Positions 1-8,354 of a DNA stretch of 64,000 nucleotides are shown piece by piece. Position numbers and translations under genes: made by a program. Location of the stretch: the IMG/VR virus record IMGVR_UViG_3300042868_005134, positions 124,001 through 188,000 of that record, one strand, 5' to 3'. Position 1 is the stretch's first letter. Each line of letters begins with the position of its first letter. The notes beneath the pieces are model-generated. The model searched no databases and was not told the origin of the DNA. It worked only from the letters and a program-made list of their open reading frames with translations.

Positions 1-321
1 ATTAATAGGTTGGTATTCTATTTTATTTTGTACAACTTTTTTCCTGTTATACTGATTTAGTGTTTCAGTTTGTATAGTAAACTTAGGAAGATCACATTTC
101 TTTACCAGCATATTGATTTCGTTTCTATGCTGATAGGTAAAGTTTAAACTTTTTAATGCGTTGGTATTGATGTTAAACACCACATGAAATAAAAACTTTT
201 GCTTAGGAGCAAGTCTTAAATCACTGTCTACATGGAGCCGTGAAGCATGTTGAAAATCTCCCACATTTCCGCGGGGATTAGTTGCACCACTTACAAATTG
301 ATTCCAGGCTTTGCTTGTCAT
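1..321 (-). CDS. Tail tube-like / baseplate tail-tube initiator protein (partial, runs off window edge; missing from ORF track)
   Basis: Hand translation from ATG at 321 gives MTSKAWNQFVSGATNPRGNVGDFQHASRLHVDSDLRLAPKQKFLFHVVFNIN...EINMLVKKCDLPKFTIQTETLNQYNRKKVVQNKIEYQPIN, open to position 1. The 'VKxxDLPKFxxxTETxNQYNRK' pattern resembles tube-fold proteins, and it lies directly downstream of the tube gene. Confidence 0.65.
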   Translation of the reverse strand, partial: MTSKAWNQFVSGATNPRGNVGDFQHASRLHVDSDLRLAPKQKFLFHVVFNINTNALKSLNFTYQHRNEINMLVKKCDLPKFTIQTETLNQYNRKKVVQNKIEYQPIN

Positions 322-326
322 GTAAT

Positions 327-333
327 TATTTAT
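327..333 (-). promoter_or_regulatory. T4-type late promoter (ATAAATA)
   Basis: ATAAATA on the minus strand, 5 nt before the ATG at 321. Confidence 0.7.
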
Positions 334-369
334 CGACTACAGAAAACTACGTAGTTAATGAAAAGTCGT

Positions 370-395
370 AAAAAAAGGCTGCTGCCAGCCTTTTT
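370..395 (-). terminator. Rho-independent terminator after tail tube gene
   Basis: GGCTG-GCAG-CAGCC stem-loop (377-390) followed by T7 on the minus strand, just after the stop at 403. Confidence 0.8.
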
Positions 396-402
396 ATTTT
401 GA

Positions 403-1041
403 TTAAGTTCGGCCTGGGCCGGTAATCATTGACGATGCTGCTACACTTCGGCCAAGGCCTGTAGTGATACCAACACCTGCGCCGCCACCTACCTGACTTG
501 CGTTATCATACTTGATGGTCATGGTGATAGTAACTGCTTCGTTAGCACTGTAAGCTAAGTTGTTATAGTTAACGTTTTCTAGATAGCAACCGTATAGTTC
601 CCATGTTTCTAACACTGTCGGAGCATTGTTGCCGTTGCCGCCGTCTAAGATTTCGTATTTGGTTGTAAACTTATAGTCGATACCAGCTGCTGCAGAACTC
701 ATTTCTAAGAAGTCGAATTGTTTCTGTAGTTGCTCGCCTACTAGTTTGCTTACGCTACCGTCTACAGAATCGCGAACGTTTAAAGCCACTGCTGTCCAGC
801 TGTGTCTGCCTGCTAGATAGACTCTGCTGTTGTAAGTAGGGACTTCAATTGCTTCGAATGCCACTGTTGGTCTTGCGATATCGATAACTTGTTTAGTTAG
901 TTCAGTTGCTTGTCCTCCTGTAACGCCAAAACCAATCAAAGTAACTCTAAAGCGATACTTTAACTTTGGCATCAACAAGCCCTGTGAACCAGCTCCACTT
1001 TCTAGTGGAACTGTAAAGTTGTTTAATGATGAAATTGCCAT
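403..1041 (-). CDS. gp19: Tail tube protein (gp19-like)
   Basis: 212 aa with 'PKLKYRFRV', 'VYLAGRHSW', 'ETWELYGC' tube-like motifs; immediately downstream of the sheath gene. Confidence 0.85.
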   Translation of the reverse strand: MAISSLNNFTVPLESGAGSQGLLMPKLKYRFRVTLIGFGVTGGQATELTKQVIDIARPTVAFEAIEVPTYNSRVYLAGRHSWTAVALNVRDSVDGSVSKLVGEQLQKQFDFLEMSSAAAGIDYKFTTKYEILDGGNGNNAPTVLETWELYGCYLENVNYNNLAYSANEAVTITMTIKYDNASQVGGGAGVGITTGLGRSVAASSMITGPGRT

Positions 1042-1069
1042 TTTGTATGTTTCCTTTTATAATTTAGGA

Positions 1070-4000
1070 TTAACCTAACGCAGCGATTTCACCAGTATTC
1101 TTCAAGCGTAGTGGAATAAAGATAAATTCCACAGCCTTGACTGGTTCAATAGCAATGTCTAAGTATAATTCATTTCTATCAATTCTTGCTGGCGTATTGT
1201 TACTTTCGTCGCATACAACAATGTAGTCATACAACGCACGTTGTCCTACAAGTTCTAGCATTAAACTTTCTGCTGCAGATTTGATCTGATCTCTAGTGAT
1301 TTTATCATTAGGTTCAAAGATATATGGTTTAGCCAAAGCACTTAGTTGTCTACGTAAGTAAATTACCAAGCGAGCTACGTTGATACGATCCAATGCACTT
1401 GCTGCCTTGGCGCGGGTCTTTTGTCCGTAGTTAACCAAGCCGGTTCCTGTTAGGAATGTGATTGGATTAATCTTAGCTTCGTACAATGTATCACGTTGTC
1501 CGTTGTTTAGAGCAACACTGTCAAATTCACCTTCGCTAGTAACATAACCAACTGCAGTTGCGTTAGTAATACCACCACGTCGCACACCTGCTGGAGCAAA
1601 CCAAGGATAAGCCACTTGGTCATTCAACGCAATAGTACGTAAAATCATGTGACTTGGAGGAACAACAACATTGTTACCAAAGTTATCGCTTGTGAAGCCC
1701 CATGGATAGAACATACCCATGTATTCGTCGTAGCTGACGCCGCCTAGGTCGTTGTCTTCTAGTGCCAAACGTTGATTTGTACCCCATGCTAGCAAACTGG
1801 TTGCGTCAGGTGTTAAACGAGCCGGAGTATCACCTACCACAAATGCTGTCAAGCCTCTGTCGTAGTTTAATGTGACCAATTCGCCAATTAGTTCTGGATA
1901 ACCAGGGCAAGCTAACAAGTTAAACACACGACTTTCTTCATCGCGAATTTCTTGATTGCTGTTCACTGTTGCTTGAATAGCACGTACAACAACTTTACGC
2001 TGTGCCTTACGGCCAAATGTACCAGATCCGTCGTCTTGATTGCTGCTCACTGTTACCCAACGATGTGGATAGTAAAGAGCCATGCTGGCGTCGTTCATAC
2101 GAACATTATCAGCATCAACATCGATATAATTTTGTCTAAATTCTTTTACGTTAAAACCACTTCTACGTGTGTTCCATAGCAACATACCTTTTGGATATAG
2201 TGCTGGATCTGGAGCATCAAAGTCTAAGAAATCGCTCGATAACAATTCTTCGATAGTTGCTGGTTCGTCACTGGTTGCGCCTGCTGTGTTGTAGCGAGCA
2301 TCAGCAAACAACATACCGTCTTCAGTACTTTGGTCTGACTTGTCTACCAAGAACCACTTTAATAAATCTTTATTAAATCGATACACTGTTCCCCAGTTTT
2401 CAGTATCGCTGCTGTCAACCCATAAGTCGCCAGTCTCTAACGGTGAACCGTCAATCTGTGTTTCTGGCTTGGTAGCACTTACAAGCGGTCCAGTTGGGTC
2501 TGTTAGTGGTAATTCATTTAGGTATCCCACCCAATCGTTTCCGTCGTGAATCATAATATCCACTTCGTCAACAACACTGCTATACCATAATGTACCGTTT
2601 GCTGTTAAACTTGTTGGAGGATTACTGTTGGCAGAATAAGTCAATGGTTCCCATAAGCTGGCAACATGATCATGATCCCCATCAGGATCTAAATATAAAT
2701 TAAGAGTACCATTACCTGTGCTTGGCACATATTCTGCAAATCCAAGTGCTGCCAATGGGCCGTTTGTACCATCTAACAAGTGAATATCACCGCCTTCTTC
2801 GTGAACAATTTGTAATCTATTCTGACTGTCAACACTGGCTTCAATAGGAGAACCTGATGGTAATAGTGTATTAATAGCAGTGGCCACAGTTGCGGCATTA
2901 GCCACAGCAGGTGTTGCGATAGTAAAACTGATAGTAGCATCATTAGTTAGTGCGGCTGATCCTTGTTCTGTGTAAGCAATGTCAAAAGTATAACTTGTGC
3001 TTTCTCCGCTTACAACAAATGTTAAGTCATTAGCTGGAGTGGCGCCGCCAAGGGCAGTACCTAAAATCTTCAGCGTATTACCTGATTGATAGCCTGTGCC
3101 GCCAGTTGTTATTGCAACTGTTGTATTTGTACTAGAGTATGTGGTTAATACACCCGTTTTAGTAACAGTGGCTATTGCGCTTGCGCCTGTGCCTGTAACC
3201 GTGGCAACTGCTACTGCTGTGTATGTAGCGGCAGCGGACACACTAGTTCCAGCAAGGGTAGTTACCGCAGTTAATACTCCAGCATCGCCAGCAAATGTGC
3301 TTGCTGTCACTTTGCTAGATTTAATAGCTGTAGGAGCAGCACTTTTTCTACGATAGATAGCAAAGTCTGCTTGTTGCGGACTTGTTTCAGTGGTGTTATA
3401 TTTTACATACAATTGACCAGCTGCTAAGTTTGCGCCGCCGCCTGATTTATCTAGCTTGTACAAAGCTGTTGTTGGGTCCGAATACAATGGAGCATCAATT
3501 TGTTCAAATAGTTGTGTTGTGCTATTGTAACGTTTTGCTCTCCAACGTGCGCCTAAATTAGGTTCTGTTGTTTTAATCCACACACTTCCTGTAGGAGCAT
3601 TTAAATCTCCAGTCTTCCATTGAGGAACGCTGGTGTGAGGCGCCATTGATAATAACACTGTGTTAGTCCAGCTATCGTCCCATGCTGTTGTCCCAACTTG
3701 TACCCATGTACCACTGCTATTTCTATACCATACAGTCATTGGGTGAATTGTGGTTAAATCTGGTTCTGTAACATCGTCGCCTACTGCTACAACAGCATAA
3801 CTGCCATTCTTGCCAACACTGCTAACAGGGCCGCCTGTTAAAGCATTTACTTTGGTTGGATCTGTAATTACTAAAGGTATTTTGTTAGTGAATGTTTGGC
3901 CGCCTGTTACAGTGGCAGCATCTCCGTTCCACTCAAAGATACCCCAATTGGTGTTGTCAACATCTAACCAATAGGTTCCATTATTAGGTTCTGCTGCAGG

Positions 4001-4375
4001 AGCGCTGGCACTAGCATCTAGCTCGGCTAGATCTAAATCAGCACGTACTACATAAGCACGATTGCTAACACCTAATAGACTATATGCTGCCTGTAAGCCA
4101 TATTCATTCTGCTCTCCAGCATGAATTGGATTGTTGCTCGCATCTGTCTTGAATAACGGATCGCCAAAAGTATCTCCAAGATCTTTTTGACTTGTTAGAA
4201 GGTAAACTTTGCCTGCGTTGGCCTTTAGTGTACCTGGAGCAGTGCCGTCTCCTGCACTGTTACTTTTGTCTTGAGGAGAGGCAACCACAATCATTGGGAC
4301 TGTGCCGGGCTCCGCTGGTGTATAAAATGATTCGTCAATTACTTTGACTTCTACGCCTGGTGAACTTAATGCCAT
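1070..4375 (-). CDS. gp18: Contractile tail sheath protein (gp18-like) with large insertions
   Basis: N-terminus 'SPGVEVKVIDES', C-terminus 'YPWFAPAGVRRG...INPI...GQKT...SALDRINVARL...FEPND...YIVVCDESNNTPARIDRNELYLDIAIEPVKAVEFI'; SD AGGAGA upstream. Confidence 0.95.
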   Translation of the reverse strand: MALSSPGVEVKVIDESFYTPAEPGTVPMIVVASPQDKSNSAGDGTAPGTLKANAGKVYLLTSQKDLGDTFGDPLFKTDASNNPIHAGEQNEYGLQAAYSLLGVSNRAYVVRADLDLAELDASASAPAAEPNNGTYWLDVDNTNWGIFEWNGDAATVTGGQTFTNKIPLVITDPTKVNALTGGPVSSVGKNGSYAVVAVGDDVTEPDLTTIHPMTVWYRNSSGTWVQVGTTAWDDSWTNTVLLSMAPHTSVPQWKTGDLNAPTGSVWIKTTEPNLGARWRAKRYNSTTQLFEQIDAPLYSDPTTALYKLDKSGGGANLAAGQLYVKYNTTETSPQQADFAIYRRKSAAPTAIKSSKVTASTFAGDAGVLTAVTTLAGTSVSAAATYTAVAVATVTGTGASAIATVTKTGVLTTYSSTNTTVAITTGGTGYQSGNTLKILGTALGGATPANDLTFVVSGESTSYTFDIAYTEQGSAALTNDATISFTIATPAVANAATVATAINTLLPSGSPIEASVDSQNRLQIVHEEGGDIHLLDGTNGPLAALGFAEYVPSTGNGTLNLYLDPDGDHDHVASLWEPLTYSANSNPPTSLTANGTLWYSSVVDEVDIMIHDGNDWVGYLNELPLTDPTGPLVSATKPETQIDGSPLETGDLWVDSSDTENWGTVYRFNKDLLKWFLVDKSDQSTEDGMLFADARYNTAGATSDEPATIEELLSSDFLDFDAPDPALYPKGMLLWNTRRSGFNVKEFRQNYIDVDADNVRMNDASMALYYPHRWVTVSSNQDDGSGTFGRKAQRKVVVRAIQATVNSNQEIRDEESRVFNLLACPGYPELIGELVTLNYDRGLTAFVVGDTPARLTPDATSLLAWGTNQRLALEDNDLGGVSYDEYMGMFYPWGFTSDNFGNNVVVPPSHMILRTIALNDQVAYPWFAPAGVRRGGITNATAVGYVTSEGEFDSVALNNGQRDTLYEAKINPITFLTGTGLVNYGQKTRAKAASALDRINVARLVIYLRRQLSALAKPYIFEPNDKITRDQIKSAAESLMLELVGQRALYDYIVVCDESNNTPARIDRNELYLDIAIEPVKAVEFIFIPLRLKNTGEIAALG

Positions 4376-4408
4376 ATCAGCTTCTCCTAAGGGTTCTTGT
4401 TCTAAATG

Positions 4409-4415
4409 TATTTAG
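4409..4415 (-). promoter_or_regulatory. Late promoter (CTAAATA) for sheath-tube operon
   Basis: CTAAATA 33 nt upstream of the sheath ATG, within the near-palindrome CTAAATGTATTTAG (4402-4415). Confidence 0.65.
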
Positions 4416-4472
4416 TGTATTTTGGCAAAATCTTACGCTAATACACCACTGAAAAGGGAAAGAAAAGGTGCG

Positions 4473-4480
4473 TATAAATA
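4473..4480 (+). promoter_or_regulatory. Late promoter (TATAAATA)
   Basis: Exact T4 late consensus 4 nt before the ATG at 4485. Confidence 0.7.
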
Positions 4481-4484
4481 CAAT

Positions 4485-4823
4485 ATGTCAAGACCGTTAT
4501 GTATTTGTGGATATAGACCAGCTGCCGTTAACTATGTTAAGAACGGTCGCACTTACTATCGTAAGAAATGCGAAAGCTGTCTAGCGGGCGGAGTAGGGCA
4601 TGGCATCCCTAAATGGTATTTGGATGGCTACCGAATGAAAAATGTCTGCGATAAGTGTGGCTTTAAAAGCAAACACAGTGAACAGTTTAACGTCTTTCAC
4701 GTGGATGGAAATCTCAATAACAGCAGGCCATTGAATCTAAAAACTGTTTGTGCCAACTGTCAGCGTACTCTAGCCAAAGAAGGCGTTAAATGGTCGCAAG
4801 GTGGGCTTCAACCAGATTTTTAA
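4485..4823 (+). CDS. Zn-finger / HNH-like protein (probably degenerate)
   Basis: Start moved from 4422 to the ATG at 4485 (MSRPLCICG), which follows the late promoter. It has CxC, CxxC and CxxC motifs plus 'FHVDGNLNN...NLKTVCANC', an HNH-like motif. Confidence 0.7.
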   Translation: MSRPLCICGYRPAAVNYVKNGRTYYRKKCESCLAGGVGHGIPKWYLDGYRMKNVCDKCGFKSKHSEQFNVFHVDGNLNNSRPLNLKTVCANCQRTLAKEGVKWSQGGLQPDF

Positions 4824-5433
4824 TTTGAGAGAACAAGTCGTCTATTGTTCCGTTGTTATCGATTTCTAAGTCAATGCCACGGCCAATCCAGGCAGTTTCG
4901 CTAGCGTGGATTCCTAATCGTTCCATTCGCACTTTACTAATAGACCAGCTCATATTACTATGACCTTGGTTAACGTTCCACGCATCTTGATACCATTCAG
5001 GATCACTGCCGCGTACTACACGCACCACTTGTCCGCCTGCGTTCTTGATGGCGGTAATTTCATTAGGGAATCTTACATCGCTGATAACAATGTTATCCTT
5101 AGTTTTACGCATCTTATTTTCCAAGCTGGCAATCCAGATGTCATCGTGAAACCCGTTGCGGCAAACTTCTGTGCCCCATTGTTGTAAGATCCATCTAGGA
5201 GTTAGAGTGGGCTTGTTTAAGCGTTCTGCCCACCAAGGGTCAACTTGTTCGCGCCATTCACGAGCTTCTTTGGTACGACCTTCTAGTAGTGTTCTGTCCC
5301 ATCCGAACACTGCAGCAACAGCATCTTTAAGTGTGTTGGCAAAACTATCTCTTCTAAAACCATGAAAGTTTACCAAATAATCTGCGGCAGTATCTTTGCC
5401 CGAACCAATGAATCCCACGAAGCCTATAATCAT
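4786..5433 (-). CDS. Deoxynucleoside monophosphate kinase (T4 gp1-like)
   Basis: P-loop 'GFIGSGKDT', 'SFANTLKD', 'TPRWILQQWGTEVCR', 'VISDVRFPNE'. Confidence 0.9.
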   Translation of the reverse strand: MIIGFVGFIGSGKDTAADYLVNFHGFRRDSFANTLKDAVAAVFGWDRTLLEGRTKEAREWREQVDPWWAERLNKPTLTPRWILQQWGTEVCRNGFHDDIWIASLENKMRKTKDNIVISDVRFPNEITAIKNAGGQVVRVVRGSDPEWYQDAWNVNQGHSNMSWSISKVRMERLGIHASETAWIGRGIDLEIDNNGTIDDLFSQIKNLVEAHLATI

Positions 5434-5456
5434 ACTATCTCCTGCTGATAGTATAT

Positions 5457-5485
5457 ATATTACAGGATTTTTACAATAAGGTCAA
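5457..5485 (-). promoter_or_regulatory. sigma70-like promoter for dNMP kinase
   Basis: TTGACC(5485-5480)-N17-TAATAT(5462-5457). A second candidate, TTGTAA-N17-TACTAT (5476-5448), overlaps it. SD AGGAG precedes the ATG at 5433. Confidence 0.5.
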
Positions 5486-5495
5486 TAGTGATTGA

Positions 5496-5873
5496 TTAAA
5501 CGCCGTACTTATTTCGTTTAGGTTTAGCAACTGTACTGATTTTGTTAACGCTATCTAATTCTAAACTGCGCATGTCTCCGTGATTTACATCATCGTAATC
5601 TGCGCCCACTGCTTTGGCGGCTTTTTTGAACATTTCGTTTTCAATTTCTGTATATGGGTGTACAGTTTTCCTTTTGCCATGCCAGCTTTTGGCATCAATG
5701 TCGGGTACAGTTTTGCCATCAGTAGCAGCCATGGCTTGGCCTAGTTTAAACGACACATAATCACTATTCATTTTTTCAGCATCGCCGTAAGTGCTTATAC
5801 CACGACTAGATTGACTGTGTCGCTTGGTAATTTTAGCCTGTTTAGCTTCTGAAATAATTTCTGTAACTTTCAT
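5496..5873 (-). CDS. Small hypothetical protein with MKVTEIISE N-terminus (putative internal head protein)
   Basis: The ATG at 5873 overlaps the TGA of the upstream gene (ATGA), so it is preferred over the ORF-track start at 5885. Confidence 0.75.
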   Translation of the reverse strand: MKVTEIISEAKQAKITKRHSQSSRGISTYGDAEKMNSDYVSFKLGQAMAATDGKTVPDIDAKSWHGKRKTVHPYTEIENEMFKKAAKAVGADYDDVNHGDMRSLELDSVNKISTVAKPKRNKYGV

Positions 5874-6163
5874 TCGCAATTCCATTTACGCAAAGCAAGT
5901 GCCTTGCGAGTTGGTTCACCATTGGGCTTTTTCATTGGGCCGTCAACTCCGCCCATTCTAGCACAGAATGATTTACGGCGTTTAGCATCCTTACTGCCTG
6001 CTTTTAATTTACTAGGTTTAGTAGTTACTGCTGTTTGTAATTTGCTACCAGGATTTTCACGACGGTAGCTGGCAACGCCTTTGGCATTTAGGCCACCAGC
6101 TTTACTTTTACCTTCTTTTCTACGCCATGCGGCAGATTCTGAAATAATTTCACTAACTTTCAT
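5870..6163 (-). CDS. Small basic protein with MKVSEIISE N-terminus (putative internal head / DNA-binding protein)
   Basis: 97 aa, K/R-rich. 'AAWRRKEGK..GGLNAKG...RRKSFCARM...ALRKWNC' resembles a small-protein family I recall from T4-like aquatic phages (not searched). Confidence 0.75.
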   Translation of the reverse strand: MKVSEIISESAAWRRKEGKSKAGGLNAKGVASYRRENPGSKLQTAVTTKPSKLKAGSKDAKRRKSFCARMGGVDGPMKKPNGEPTRKALALRKWNCE

Positions 6164-6165
6164 AA

Positions 6166-6930
6166 TTATCCAATCACAAATGTCATGGGCGTACCGCCCG
6201 ATACTAGCGTTTCAAGTTCTTTATCCAGTGCCGTAATTTCTTCTTTGCTGGCTGCTTTAAGGTCACTTCCGTTAAGTTGTGTGCCACCGCTTGGTCCAGC
6301 AATTTGAGCAAACTTGCTACGAGCTTCGCCTAGTATACCTTTACAAACTGCTAGACTATAATCTCTAATCCATTGCTTGGCATAAAGATCATTTATAAGG
6401 TTGTAATCAGGTCTGTAGTTGTGGCAACGAAGCATAAGTGTTTCACCGTCAACAAACGGTCTTTGTAATATTCTTAAGATATGACTTTGCTGAATCCACT
6501 GAAACTCAATATAGCTACCAAACATACGGCCAACCATTTCTTGATACTGCGCAAACATATCATAAGTGGCAATGCCGCCCATCATGGTGCTGTTTAACAA
6601 ATATGTGTTGGTATAAGCAAGGTTAAATGGTTCAAAGTTAGTGCCTGTGCCGCCACCTGTTCTAGATCCTAGCGTTCGTCTAAATACACTTTGTACAGCA
6701 ATGACTTCATCGGGTAATCTGTAATCGTTTCTGTCTTTTTCTAGCTCTAAAAACATATAACTTTCTTCAACGGCATTTGGGCTACGTTGTCTAAAGCGGT
6801 TGATAGTTTTTTCCAGGGCTGTTTCAAAGTGAATAGGGTCTAGTTCGACATCGATCATGCCATCAGCCAGCATAGTGCGGCAGTAATCGTATACTTTTTG
6901 TCTTTCAGCTTGTGGATTTGTTTCTGACAT
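6166..6930 (-). CDS. gp13: Neck protein (gp13-like head-tail adaptor)
   Basis: 'MLADGMIDVELDPIHFETALEKTINRFRQ...EESY', 'WIRDYSLAVCKGILGEARSKF..I.GP.GG.QLNG'; divergent from gp14/gp15-like genes. Confidence 0.8.
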   Translation of the reverse strand: MSETNPQAERQKVYDYCRTMLADGMIDVELDPIHFETALEKTINRFRQRSPNAVEESYMFLELEKDRNDYRLPDEVIAVQSVFRRTLGSRTGGGTGTNFEPFNLAYTNTYLLNSTMMGGIATYDMFAQYQEMVGRMFGSYIEFQWIQQSHILRILQRPFVDGETLMLRCHNYRPDYNLINDLYAKQWIRDYSLAVCKGILGEARSKFAQIAGPSGGTQLNGSDLKAASKEEITALDKELETLVSGGTPMTFVIG

Positions 6931-6943
6931 TTGGTTCTCCCAC

Positions 6944-6963
6944 TATATTTATTAATAAATATA
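6944..6963. promoter_or_regulatory. Perfect 20-bp palindrome holding two back-to-back late promoters
   Basis: TATATTTATTAATAAATATA contains ATAAATA on both strands (6946-6952 minus, 6955-6961 plus) between divergent neck genes. Confidence 0.8.
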
Positions 6964-6968
6964 CTACT

Positions 6969-8354
6969 ATGCCACGTTTATCACTATACCGCCCTGAAAA
7001 GGGCAACGATTATAAATTTATAGATCGTTCTGCCAGCGAGATGTTTCAAGTGGGCGGAACGGACGTATATTTACACAAGTACCTAGGACCTGCAAATCCC
7101 AGCGATGCCAATGCCACCGCTGATCAACCTCAATACGATGCTGTGAAAGAAACAAACATTCAAGATTTGTTATTTCTTGAAAACCGTGACAGAAAATATG
7201 ATCCTAGCATATACAGATTACGCGGCGTATACAATGTTCAAGATTTAGATTTTAATTTAAGTCAGTTTGGATTGTTTTTAGACAACGATACAATTTACAT
7301 GACCATGCACATAAACGATTTTATTCGTTCAGTGGGCAGGAAACCCTTGAGTGGTGATGTTGTTGAATTACCGCATATTAAAGATGAATTTGCGCTCAAC
7401 GACATTGATGTCAGCTTGCCTAGATATTTTGTTATCAGTGATGTGGGCCGTGCCGCAGAGGGATTTAGCCCCACATGGTATCCGCACTTATATAGATTAA
7501 AACTTACAAAAATTGTTGACAGTCAACAATATAAAGAAATATTTGATCAAAAGGTCGTTGACCCTATTACAGGCGAAGAGACAAATACCACACTACGCGA
7601 TATTCTAAGTACACACAATAAAGAATTACAAATAAACGATGCCTTAATTGCTCAAGCAGAATCTGATGCTCCTAAGAGTGGCTACGAAACCCAGCAGTTT
7701 TATACACTAGCAGTCGATGCTTCTGGTAGGGCAGCATTACAAGGTGTGGACGATTCTTCTGCCCCTCCAGATGCGTCAACTATGACCATGGACGCAAGTC
7801 GTGTGGCCAAACGTCCTCAACGTAATGGTTATAGCGGTTACTTGACAGGCGACGGTATTGCGCCTAACGGGGTAGATTTTGGACATGGCATACAATTTCC
7901 AAATGGAGCTTTGGACGGTGACTTCTTTTTACGTACTGATTTCTTGCCTAACAGATTGTATAGATTTGACAGTACACGATGGATTAAATTTGAAGACAAT
8001 GTGAGAACTACACTAAGTAACACTGACACTAGAAATACGCTTAAAGGTACATTTATTAATAATAGTAATAAAACAGGTGTGGATATTGTTGCCAATGATT
8101 TTGTTACGCCCGTTGCTGACACTACAACGTTGTTGACTACAATAACTTATACTGCTGGCATGTATGCCACTGCCAGTATAGGAGATGGCATCTTCCCAAC
8201 AGTGACAGTTACTTCGGGTCTTGCTGGCAAAGCCTTGTTGACATTTAGTGAGACAGCGCCTGCCAATAAACAAATTGCTTGGAAATTGTATAGCAGCGCA
8301 CAAGAACAACGAATAGCAGTTAGTAAAGCGTTGAAACCCAAGGCAGATTTATAA
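6969..8354 (+). CDS. gp14: Neck protein (gp14-like) with C-terminal extension
   Basis: Start moved to the ATG at 6969 (MPRLSLYRPEKGNDY), since the ORF-track start at 6912 overlaps gp13. 'FNLSQFGLFLDND..YMTMHIND...KPLSGDVVELP' and synteny with gp13/gp15 support the call. Confidence 0.7.
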   Translation: MPRLSLYRPEKGNDYKFIDRSASEMFQVGGTDVYLHKYLGPANPSDANATADQPQYDAVKETNIQDLLFLENRDRKYDPSIYRLRGVYNVQDLDFNLSQFGLFLDNDTIYMTMHINDFIRSVGRKPLSGDVVELPHIKDEFALNDIDVSLPRYFVISDVGRAAEGFSPTWYPHLYRLKLTKIVDSQQYKEIFDQKVVDPITGEETNTTLRDILSTHNKELQINDALIAQAESDAPKSGYETQQFYTLAVDASGRAALQGVDDSSAPPDASTMTMDASRVAKRPQRNGYSGYLTGDGIAPNGVDFGHGIQFPNGALDGDFFLRTDFLPNRLYRFDSTRWIKFEDNVRTTLSNTDTRNTLKGTFINNSNKTGVDIVANDFVTPVADTTTLLTTITYTAGMYATASIGDGIFPTVTVTSGLAGKALLTFSETAPANKQIAWKLYSSAQEQRIAVSKALKPKADL

